Source: Octopus sinensis (lineage: Eukaryota). From it: a DNA stretch of 64,000 nucleotides. Below, piece by piece: positions 52,501 to 64,000 of the stretch. The notes below the pieces were generated by a model that was not told where the DNA came from, searched no databases, and saw only the letters and a list, made by a program, of their open reading frames with translations. Positions within the stretch are counted from its first letter, which is position 1; each line of letters opens with the position of its first letter. Both the position numbers and the translations under genes were made by a program. The stretch lies in the NCBI RefSeq assembly GCF_006345805.1, contig NC_043000.1, positions 156,798,001-156,862,000 on the forward strand, written 5' to 3'.

Positions 52501-53071
52501 TTAACACATGCAAATCGTGATGGGGTGCCCAAGATAAACATATCTAGGGCAAATCAACTTGGTGAAGCTTTCATTCGCCTCCCTCCGTGCCTCTCTCTCT
52601 CTCACCACAAATACTCTCACCACACACACGCACCTATATAGGAAAGGAGAGAAGGGATAGAAGAAAAAAGATGAAGAATAATTAAGAGGAAGAGAGAAAT
52701 AGAGAGAGAGAGGCTGCTGCTTCCAAAAACTCTCTGCACTGCATCCCCCATTGCATTATTACATCATCCTATATTTACATGAATACAAGTTTTTATACCT
52801 CCGTTTCGTCGTATTTTTTACTCCGCCCCCAAAAATAAAAAAATATCTAAATGAAATGAAAAAGAAGAAGAAAAAAAAAAGAAAACGAAAAAAAAAAGAA
52901 AGAAAGAAAGAAAGAAAGAAAGAACATGTTTGTCCGCAATTGACAAAAACCTCGTTTATACGCATAACGGAACACTCCTAAGTGTATATAATCTGCAAAA
53001 GCCCAAAATAGACAGCTATGCAATCAAGTCAATCCTCTACGAATTCCAACGGACGAAACAGTTAGTTTTTA

Positions 53072-53115
53072 AATACATACACACATACACATACATACAT
53101 ACACACATGCATACA

Positions 53116-53148
<33 letters not shown>

Positions 53149-53900
53149 GCATACATATATACATGCATGCATACATACATACATACATAGTACATACATA
53201 CGTACATATACATTCATACATACATACACACATACATACATACATAGGTACGTACATACATACACACACACACATACACACATACACATACATACATGCA
53301 TAGATGCATACATACATACATACATACATACATACACACATACATACATACATACATTCATACATACATACGTACGTACACACATACATACATACATACA
53401 TACATACATGCATACATACATGCATGCATACATACATACATACATACATACACACATACACACATACATACATACATACATACATACATACATACATACA
53501 TACATACATACATACATACATACACATACATACATACATTCATACATACATACATACATACATACATACATACATACATACATACATACATACATACGTA
53601 CACACATACATACATATATGCATATATACATACATACATGCATGCATGCATACATACATACATACATGCATACATACATACATACATACATACATACATA
53701 ACTACATACATACATACTTGCATACATACATACGTACATACATACATACATATATGCATATATACATACATACATGCATGCATGCATACATACATACATA
53801 CATGCATACATAAACACATACATACATACATACATACACACGCACACATAATACATACATACATACATATACCCCATGCATACATACATACAGACATACA
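53072..53900. repeat. Long degenerate (TACA)n microsatellite
   Basis: About 830 bp. It is the source of the HTYI/MYVC pseudo-ORFs. Confidence 0.97.
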
Positions 53901-54126
53901 TACATGCATGCATAGATACATGCATATATATGTGCGTGTGTGTGTGTATAAAGATATTATTATACTAATATAAATAATATATAAATATATGCATATATAC
54001 ATAGATATATGTACATACCTACATATATATATGTATATATACATGCATATATGGGTACAGGACGGACATTTTTACTGACGTTGGCCACTGGTAAAAATTA
54101 ATACTTAATTTTTACCCTATATATAT

Positions 54127-54550
54127 ACTCTTTTACTCTTTTACTCTTTTACTTGTTTCAGTCATTTGACTGCGGCCATGCTGGAGCACCGCCTTTAGTC
54201 GAGCAAATCGACCCCGGGACTTATTCTTTGTAAGCCTTGTACTTATTCTATCGGTCTATTTTTGCCGAACCGCCAAGTTACGGAGATGTAATCACACCAG
54301 CATCGGTTGTCAAGCGATGTTGGGGGGGGGACAAACACAGATACACAAACACACACATGCATATATATATATATATATATACATATATACGACGGGCTTC
54401 TTTCAGTTTCCGTCTACCAAATCCACTCACAAGGCTTTGGTCGGCCCGAGGCTATAGCAGAAGACACTTGCCCAAGGTGCCACGCAGTGGGACTGAACCC
54501 TGAACCATGTGGTTGGTTAGCAAGCTACTTACCACACAGCCACTCCTGCG
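54127..54550 (-). mobile_element. SINE family A, full length
   Basis: Family A tail, core and head. Confidence 0.93.
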
Positions 54551-54914
54551 ATATATATATATATAAATATAGGGTAAAAATTAAATATATATATATATAT
54601 ATGTGTGTGAGTATATTTATATACAAGACGATAGTGGCGTCTGTGCTTAAAAGCGCATCAGTGCTCTATTGTAACCCAAGCAGTCTGACGGCGCAAACAC
54701 GAAGAAAAAGAGGATGGCCTTTAAACGAAAGATATAATTACACACACACACACACACACACACACAAGCGTGCGCGCTGACAGACAGCACGCGCGCACCT
54801 GCGCACCCCGGTACACGTGCACACACGTATACATATACGCATACACGTGCACACACGTATACATATACGCATACACATATTTGATGGATTTGCTTTCTAT
54901 TTTTATTATCCTTT

Positions 54915-55095
54915 CCCTTATTTCAGTCATTTGACTGCGGCTATGCTGGAGCACCGCCTTGAAGGACTTTAGTCGAAGAAATCGATCCCAGAAGTTATTT
55001 TGCTTAAGCCTAGTAATTATTCTATCGGTGTCTTTTGCCGAGCCGCTAAGCTACTAGGACGTAAACACCCCAACAATGGTTGTCAAGCAGTGGTA
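54915..55095 (-). mobile_element. SINE family A, tail-side fragment
   Basis: TTTCAGTCATTTGACTGCGGCTATGCTGGAGCACCGCC...GGTTGTCAAGC. Confidence 0.82.
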
Positions 55096-55179
55096 GAAGA
55101 TGCATGTGTATATACATACATACATACATACATACATACATACATACATACATACATACATACATACATACATACACAC

Positions 55180-55237
<58 letters not shown>

Positions 55238-55239
<2 letters not shown>

Positions 55240-55619
55240 TCTTTTACTTGTTCAATCAGTTGACTGCGGCCATGCTGGAGCATCGCCTTTAGGACTTATT
55301 CTTTGTAAGCCCAGTACTTATCCTATCGGTCTCTTTTGCCGAACCGCTAAGTTACGGGGACGTAAACACACCAGCATCGGTTGTCAAGCAATGCTAAGGG
55401 GGCAAACACAGTCACACAAACATATACACACACATACATATACATATACATATATACGACAGGCTTCTTTCAGTTTCCGTCTACCAAATCCACTCACAAG
55501 GCATTGGTCGGCCCGGGGCTATAGCAGAAGACACTTGCTCAAGATGCCACGCAGTGGGACTGAACCCGGAACCATGAGGTTGGTTAGCAAGCTACTTACC
55601 ACACAGCCACTCCTGCGCC

Positions 55620-55620
<1 letters not shown>
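55238..55620 (-). mobile_element. SINE family A with small internal deletion
   Basis: Family A tail, core and head. Confidence 0.9.
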
Positions 55621-55663
<43 letters not shown>

Positions 55664-56076
55664 AGGAGAGAGAGAGAGACATGCACTCACACATACACAC
55701 ACTCAAATGAGCATATATATATAAGTATATAGGCCTATACGTAAGCACTTATGTATGTATGTGTGCATGCTTGTATACATGCAGTAGATTTGATTACAAG
55801 GAATCTAGAAGCTGAAAAATACTTAGACATGAAGAGATTGACTAAGTTTACAGAAGTTAGTTCATTGTTTAGAATAATGATTAAACGTTTTAGAACTCTA
55901 TTTTTTTTTAGCGAACTTGACCGATTGCAGAATAAGTCGACGCCGGACAAAACTGCCTTGAGCTAAGTTGGTTAGATGCCTTTAAAGTCAAGGCTGTTTG
56001 ATCAATTATACAACTCCTCCCTCATAATTCCAGCTCTGTGCTGACATTAGTTATCACTAAAAAGCAATCATTATAA

Positions 56077-56473
56077 TCTTTATATATAAAAGTGAGGTTG
56101 TGTGTCTGTCTCCTACGATTTAGATTCCTAACTAATCCCACATTTTGCGGTGCAGTTTAACCAAAACCGGGTATCTTATAGTCGTGATTCATATCGAGCC
56201 CTTCTGGGTATTAGCGCGCGTCTACAATGAGTCTACGATTTAAAAAAAAAATTACCATCATTTTTTTCCATTTAATGCATTTTTTCGCTATTATATAAGG
56301 GAAGTAACTCTCTAAAAATGTCTACGATAAGTCAACGATTTAAAAAAAAATTTACCATAATTTTTTTCCCATTTTTAATGCATTTTTTTGCTACTTTTTG
56401 GCTATAACTCTCTAAAAATGCTTATATAGTTATTTCCCTTACAAACTCGAGCAACGCCGGGCGATACTGCTAG
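56077..56473 (+). mobile_element. Non-autonomous Helitron, same subfamily as 49294-49688
   Basis: A|TCTTTATATATAAAAG...GAGCAACGCCGGGCGATACTGCTAG|T. Near-identical along its length to 49294-49688. Confidence 0.88.
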
Positions 56474-57257
56474 TTGTTATTAAATAAGCGCATTAGATAA
56501 CATAATCGGTGTCCTTTTATATTCTGTGTTCAGATCCTGCCGAGATCAATTTTACTTTCATTATTCTGGGGTCGCTAAAATAGAGTACCAGTCAAATACT
56601 GCGGTCGATAAAATCAATATCTACTAGCTTTGTGCCTAAAATTGGAAATTATTAAAAGCACAAAAGAAGCAGAATCGTTTGAGTGTCGAACATAATGCTT
56701 CGAGTGTCGAACATAATGCTTCGAGGTGCGTGGTCAACCTCGAGCGACGGAGATCCTACCGATTGTTATCATTACCTTGGCAGAATCGTTAGAGCATCAG
56801 CAAAACGCCTGGTGGTATTTAGCCCCAAATCTTTTACGTTCTGATTTCAAATACTCCCACCCACCCCAGCCGGGGATAGTTTCGTCTTTCAACCTTCCGG
56901 GATTGATAAAATAAAATACCAATCAAGTACTGGGCTCGATATGATTGTCTGTTTCTTTCCATTCAGTGCTCTGTCTTTGTGTTTATGTTAGAAGCGGTTG
57001 TTGTCATCAACACCAAGGCAGTGAATGTAGAATTAATTGCAGTTTTAACACACGATTTCAAGCTCAAGTTACTTGCCTTAAACAAGTGCAGCTTTAAAAA
57101 ACTGTTTTCAAATTACGACACCAATTATAACATGAAACTTGCCTCTAAATAACTTACACATTATCGCCAACATTTAGTGCATCCATTCGTTGTTTAGCTT
57201 CATGACATCCAGGATCAAACATGCCTATGTTGAAGGATATTTGTATAAGGCATAATA

Positions 57258-57491
57258 AGAAGGCGGCGAGCTGGCAGAATCGTTAGCACGCTGGGCGAAA
57301 TGCGTAGCCGTATTTCGTCTGTCGTTACGTTCTGAGTTCAAATTCCGCCGAGGTCGACTTTGCCTTTCATCCTTTCGGGGTTGATAAATAAAGTACCATT
57401 TTCGCATTGGGTCGATGTAAGCGACTTAATCCCTTTTTCTGTACTTGTTTGTCCCCTCTATGTTTAGCCCCTTGTGGACAGTAAAGAAATA
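57258..57491 (+). mobile_element. SINE family B, single unit with 20-bp TSD
   Basis: TATTTGT(A/T)TAAGGCATAATA at 57238-57257 and 57492-57511. Confidence 0.92.
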
Positions 57492-58140
57492 TATTTGTTT
57501 AAGGCATAATATATTCGGTACACAATATCCTGGTTCTGCATATCTTCTTCCCTTTTTAAGTCGGTGGAGTGGGATTCGAGGGAGATATGGGCGCTATTTG
57601 TTGCAGGTTGAGTTATTACGTAGAGTCCCTCTCTCTCTCTTTGCTTCGCGTATTTTGTTTTTTACTCTTTAGTGTTCGTACCCATCTATCTTTATTTAAA
57701 TATTGATATTCAACAAATACAAGGTCTTAACTTTAGAGGAATTAAATGGACCCAAAATCTCTAGTGGTGCTTTATTTTGTTGAACTCGGAAGGTTGAAAA
57801 GCAAAGTTCACCTCGGTGGAGTTTGAAATGAGAATGCAATAAATCAGGATCAAATACAACGTGACCTTTTCCCAAAATAGATGCTCAAACGTATCTACTT
57901 TTGGCAACTGGCACCGTTATAAGGCGAGTAATTGACAGAGGCGAGAATACAGATATAACAATAGGTTCCTTCGTGAAAGAACATTTTTGTAAGAATCGAT
58001 CAATTATTAAAGGTTCAATACAGTGCATATGAAAATAGTTTCATAAACTGGACCATAAGAGGTACACTGAGTGATAATGTTTCCACGAACACTTACCACC
58101 CAATGTACGACATACACACACACACACACATACACACACA

Positions 58141-58173
<33 letters not shown>

Positions 58174-58271
58174 GTATATACATGCATATACATGCATATA
58201 TATGTGTATGTGTAGGCATGAATGTACATACATATACATACATAAATGCACTAAATGCATGCATACATAAA

Positions 58272-58368
<97 letters not shown>

Positions 58369-58908
58369 AGATATATATATATACGGAAAGAAGTAAACGG
58401 AAGAAAGATCACTCAATCCTTTATGTAGAGTTTATAGATAGAAAAGCTTATTTAGAAACTATATTTTCGAGGTGCCACTAATCTTAAAACTAGAAGTGGT
58501 ACGAAATTAGATCAACGGAACTGTAGCGCCGCCGTAATCAAGTATTTCCGTGGCATTTGAAATACGGCGCCTGACCTTTTTTTTATACACATTTCGAACG
58601 ATCTAAATCAACATCCCCACCTCCTGAAAATCCTGGATGTCGGGAAGCAATTTTCGAAGATCGACGACATTGATATCAGAATAATAATTAGCATAACATT
58701 GACCATTCTTAATGAATTGCAAATGAGGCAACCTGTCACTCGATGTGGAGGTAGCTGACCACGTGAGTTTTCTTGTGCGTGACACCATCAGTACTGAGTA
58801 GCTGTCTGAGCCTCCAACTTCACGTCCATACACATGCAAACAGACGTACAGGCAATTTCATATTTCTCCTACAAGTTTATTTTACGAAATTCCATACCAT
58901 TTAGCATG

Positions 58909-59196
58909 CTCCGTCCATGTTCTATAGATTCATAGAGCAGCTCCGTCCATGTTCTATAGATTCATAGAGCAGCTCCGTCCATGTTCTATAGATTCATAGA
59001 GCAGTTCCGTCCATGTTCTGTAGATTCATAGAGCAGCTCCGTCCATGTTCTATAGATTCATAGAGCAGCTCCGTCCATGTTCTATAGATTCATAGAGCAG
59101 CTCCGTCCATGTTCTGTAGATTCATAGAGCAGCTCCGTCCATGTTCTGTAGATTCATAGAGCAGCTCCGTCCATGTTCTATAGATTCATAGAGCAG
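58909..59196. repeat. 32-bp minisatellite, 9 units
   Basis: CTCCGTCCATGTTCTATAGATTCATAGAGCAG x9 (288 bp). Confidence 0.98.
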
Positions 59197-59922
59197 CTTT
59201 TGTAGCGTACTCTTTATGGAAGAGTTTGCCAGCTTCTGGTTCGGTCTCTAGCATTTCTTGGAGAAAAGGGAGAGTGTAAGTTACAAATCCCCAGTTATTA
59301 AAGCACGATCGAGCCTATTATGAGAGGGAAGTACGAGAGGGGATAATGATACTCTTTTACTTGTTTCAGTCATTTGACTGCGGCCATGCTGGGCACCGCT
59401 TTTAGTCGAGCAAATCGACCCCAGGACTTATTCTTTATGTAGAGTTTATAGATAGAAAAGCTTATTTAGAAACTATATTTTCGAGGTGCCACTAATCTTA
59501 AAACTAGAAGTGGTACGAAATTAGATCAACGGAACTGTAGCGCCGCCGTAATCAAGTATTTCCGTGGCATTTGAAATACGGCGCCTGACCTTTTTTTTAT
59601 ACACATTTCGAACGATCTAAATCAACATCCCCACCTCCTGAAAATCCTGGATGTCGGGAAGCAATTTTCGAAGATCGACGACATTGATATCAGAATAACA
59701 ATTAGCATAACATTGACCATTCTTAATGAATTGCAAATGAGGCAACCTGTCACTCGATGTGGAGGTAGCTGACCACGTGAGTTTTCTTGTGCGTGACACC
59801 ATCAGTACTGAGTAGCTGTCTGAGCCACCAACTTCACGTCCATACACATGCAAACAGACGTACAGGCAATTTCATATTTCTCCTACAAGTTTATTTTACG
59901 AAATTCCATACCATTTAGCATT

Positions 59923-62866
59923 CTCCGTCCATGTTCTATAGATTCATAGAGCAGCTCCGTCCATGTTCTATAGATTCATAGAGCAGCTCCGTCCATGTTC
60001 TATAGATTCATAGAGCAGCTCCGTCCATGTTCTATAGATTCATAGAGCAGCTCCGTCCATGTTCTATAGATTCATAGAGCAGCTCCGTCCATGTTCAATA
60101 GATTCATATAGCAGCTCCGTCCATGTTCTATAGATTCATAGAGCAGCTCCGTCCATGTTCTATAGATTCATAGAGCAGCTCCGTCCATGTTCTATAGATT
60201 CATAGAGCAGCTCCGTCCATGTTCTATAGATTCATAGAGCAGCTCCGTCCATGTTCTATAGATTCATAGAGCAGCTCCGTCCATGTTCAATAGATTCATA
60301 TAGCAGCTCCGTCCATGTTCTATAGATTCATAGAGCAGCTCCGTCCATGTTCAATAGATTCATATAGCAGCTCCGACCATGTTCTATAGATTCATAGAGC
60401 ACCTCCGTCCATGTTCTATAGATTCACAGAGCAGCTCCGTCCATGTTCTATAGATTCATAGAGCAGCTCCGTCCATGTTCTATAGATTCATAGAGCAGCT
60501 CCGACCATGTTCTATAGATTCATAGAGCAGCTCCGTCCATGTTCTATAGATTCATAGAGCAGCTCCGTCCATGTTCTATAGATTCATAGAGCAGCTCCGT
60601 CCATGTTCAATAGATTCATATAGCAGCTCCGACCATGTTCTATAGATTCATAGAGCAGCTCCGTCCTTGTTCTATAGATTCATAGAGCAGCTCCGTCCAT
60701 GTTCTATAGATTCATAGAGCAGCTCCGTCCATGTTCAATAGATTCATATAGCAGCTCCGACCATGTTCTATAGATTCATAGAGCAGCTCCGTCCATGTTC
60801 TATAGATTCATAGAGCAGCTCCGTCCATGTTCTATAGATTCATAGAGCAGCTCCGTCCATGTTCTATACATTCATAGAGCAGCTCCGTCCATGTTCTATA
60901 GATTCATAGAGCAGCTCCGTCCATCTTCTATAGATTCATATAGCAGCTCCGTCCATGTTCTGTAGATTCATAGAGCAGCTCCGTCCATGTTCTATAGATT
61001 CATAGAGCAGCTCCGTCCATGTTCTATAGATTCATAGAGCAGCTCCGTCCATGTTCTATAGATTCATAGAGCAGCTCCGTCCATGTTCTATAGATTCATA
61101 GAGCCTCTCCGTCCATGTTCTATAGATTCATAGAGTAGCTCCGTCCATGTTCTATAGATTCATAGAGCAGCTCCGTCCATGTTCTATAGATTCATAGAGC
61201 AGCTCCGTCCATGTTCTATAGATTCATATAGCAGCTCCGTCCATGTTCTGTAGATTCATAGAGCAGCTCCGACCATGTTCTATAGATTCATAGAGCAGCT
61301 CCGTCCATGTTCTATAGATTCATAGAGCAGCTCCGTCCATGTTCTGTAGATTCATAGAGCAGCTCCGTCCATGTTCTGTAGATTCATAGAGCAGCTCCGT
61401 CCATGTTCTATAGATTCATAGAGCAGCTCCGTCCATGTTCTGTAGATTCATAGAGCAGCTCCGTCCATGTTCTATAGATTCATAGAGCAGCTCCGTCCAT
61501 GTTCTATAGATTCATAGAGCAGCTCCGTCCATGTTCTATAGATTCATAGAGCAGCTCCGTCCATGTTCTATAGATTCATAGAGCAGCTCCGTCCATGTTC
61601 TGTAGATTCATAGAGCAGCTCCGTCCATGTTTTGTAGATTCATAGAGCAGCTCCGTCCATGTTCTATAGATTCATAGAGCAGCTCCGTCCATGTTCTATA
61701 GATTCATAGAGCAGCTCCGTCCATGTTCTATAGATTCATAGAGCAGCTCCGTCCATGTTCTGTAGATTCATAGAGCAGCTCCGTCCATGTTCTATAGATT
61801 CATAGAGCAGCTCCGTCCATGTTCTGTAGATTCATAGAGCAGCTCCGTCCATGTTCTGTAGATTCATAGAGCAGCTCCGTCCATGTTCTGTAGATTCATA
61901 GAGCAGCTCCGTCCATGTTCTATAGATTCATAGAGCAGCTCCGTCCATGTTCTATAGATTCATATAGCAGCTCCGTCCATGTTCTGTAGATTCATAGAGC
62001 AGCTCCGTCCATGTTTTATAGATTCATAGAGCAGCTCCGTCCATGTTCTATAGATTCATAGAGCAGCTCCGTCCATGTTCTGTAGATTCATAGAGCAGCT
62101 CCGTCCATGTTCTATAGATTCATAGAGCAGTTCCGTCCATGTTCTGTAGATTCATAGAGCAGCTCCGTCCATGTTCTATAGATTCATAGAGCAGCTCCGT
62201 CCATGTTCTGTAGATTCATAGAGCAGCTCCGTCCATGTTCTATAGATTCATAGAGCAGCTCCGTCCATGTTCTATAGATTCATAGAGCAGCTCCGTCCAT
62301 GTTTTATAGATTCATAGAGCAGCTCCGTCCATGTTCTATAGATTCATAGAGCAGCTCCGTCCATGTTCTGTAGATTCATAGAGCAGCTCCGTCCATGTTC
62401 CGTAGATTCATAGAGCAGCTCCGTCCATGTTCTGTAGATTCATAGAGCAGCTCCGTCCATGTTCTGTAGATTCATAGAGCAGCTCCGTCCATGTTCTATA
62501 GATTCACAGAGCAGCTCCGTCCATGTTCTATAGATTCATAGAGCAGCTCCGTCCATGTTTTATAGATTCATAGAGCAGCTCCGTCCATGTTCTATAGATT
62601 CATAGAGCAGCTCCGTCCATGTTCTGTAGATTCATAGAGCAGCTCCGTCCATGTTCTATAGATTCATAGAGCAGCTCCGTCCATGTTCTATAGATTCATA
62701 GAGCAGCTCCGTCCATGTTCTGTAGATTCATAGAGCAGCTCCGTCCATGTTTTGTAGATTCATAGAGCAGCTCCGTCCATGTTCTGTAGATTCATAGAGC
62801 AGCTCCGTCCATGTTCTGTAGATTCATAGAGCAGCTCCGTCCATGTTCTATAGATTCATAGAGCAG
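59923..62866. repeat. 32-bp minisatellite, 92 units
   Basis: Same unit x92 (2944 bp, an exact multiple of 32, so no net indels). No spacers. Confidence 0.98.
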
Positions 62867-63019
62867 CTTTTGTAGCGTACTCTTTATGGAAGAGTTTGCC
62901 AGCTTCTGGTTCGGTCTCTAGCATTTCTTGGAGAAAAGGGAGAGTGTAAGTTACAAATCCCCAGTTATTAAAGCACGATCGAGCCTATTATGAGAGGGAA
63001 GTACGAGAGGGGATAATGA

Positions 63020-63410
63020 TACTCTTTTACTTGTTTCAGTCATTTGACTGCGGCCATGCTGGGCACCGCCTTTAGTCGAGCAAATCGACCCCAGGACTTA
63101 TTCTTTGTAAGCCTAGTACTTATTCTATCGGTCTCTTTTGCCGAACCGCTAAGTTACGGGGACGTAAACAGACCAGCCTCGGTTGTAAAGCAATGCTAGG
63201 GAGACAAACACAGACACACAAACACACATGTATATACATATACATATATATATGACGGGCTTCTTTCAGTTTCCGTCTGCCAAATCCACTCACAAAGCTT
63301 TGGTCGGCCCGTGGCTATAGTAGAAGACACTTGCCCAAGGTGCCACGCAGTGGGACTGAACCCGGAACCATGTGGTTGGTAAGCAAGCTACTTACCACAC
63401 AGCCACTCCT
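63020..63410 (-). mobile_element. SINE family A, full length (its tail is duplicated at 59350-59436)
   Basis: Family A tail, core and head. Confidence 0.93.
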
Positions 63411-64000
63411 GAGACCGTCGGAGGGAAGAAAGACAAAGTTGACCACTATGGAGGAGATATATGGAATTGATGCCGAAATGGGGTAAGGCAAAACTGATTT
63501 CAGCAAGATTTGGACTCAGAACGTTTAAAGAGCTGGCGCAATTACTACAAAGCCTTTGCCGGATGCTCTAACAACTCAACCAACCAAATAAGTCAGCCAT
63601 ACAACTTAACATTGTATAACAGTAATATCATCGTAACTTATTTTATTTAGACATAACCTATCCTATATTTCATCAGAAGGATAAAAGGAATATTATGATG
63701 TTCATGCCTCCACCATATGTATTAACAAAACAAAGGATACATAATGGCCATTGAAACTGTTGCAGGAACAATTCTATGAATGCTCAATACAAGTATTATT
63801 GTTCTTGAATTATTGAAATGCAACTGTTACTTAATAAATACTATAAATAAAGTTACTAATTATCTTATGAATATATTTGGCAATCCGTTCCCCGTGACTC
63901 CCTCTTCCAAAATTTCAAGCCGCATACACAGTGTAGATGAAGAGCTACCCCCAATGTAAGAGCAGCCAAATTTTCCTCAACCCAGCTATATTATCTTAAA

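Larger units (their letters stand above)
58419..63106. repeat. Recent tandem duplication (copy 1 58419-59432, copy 2 59433-63106)
   Basis: Offset is 1014 before the arrays and 3670 after them. About four substitutions outside the arrays. The junction cuts a SINE A copy at CTTT. Confidence 0.92.

Noticed and set aside
59923-62866. CRISPR array (32-bp palindromic repeat)
   Set aside because: Units are directly adjacent with no spacers, there are no cas genes and the context is eukaryotic. It is a minisatellite.
59923-62866. Coding repeat or heat-shock-element array
   Set aside because: The 32-nt period cycles through stop codons on both strands. The TTC/GAA spacing does not fit nGAAnnTTCn.

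Overview
This is a repeat-saturated, AT-rich eukaryotic window with a 100-N scaffold gap at 39713-39812. The SINE families and microsatellite load match what I recall of Octopus genomes (unverified). I found no host protein-coding gene. Nearly all listed ORFs are microsatellite or SINE translations. Recognisable content: three tRNA-derived SINE families (called A, B, C here; about 30 copies), five decayed mariner transposases plus a short remnant, a CR1/L2-group LINE 3' end, several Penelope-like (PLE) RT and GIY-YIG fragments, three non-autonomous Helitrons, a hAT MITE, long foldback elements and a U6 snRNA retrocopy. A recent tandem duplication (58419-63106) carries a 32-bp hairpin minisatellite with 9 units in one copy and 92 in the other. 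The most interesting signal is a dispersed set of type I hammerhead ribozyme (HHR) motifs. Two have canonical cores (31443, 35070). One with a variant core lies inside a 355-bp-period direct repeat (26078-26509) and looks retrozyme-like. Others are degenerate or form the arms of short foldbacks. Their stem III sequences differ but remain palindromic or near-palindromic. The LINE also shares a 39-nt 3' tail, including a compensatory stem-loop change, with SINE family A.
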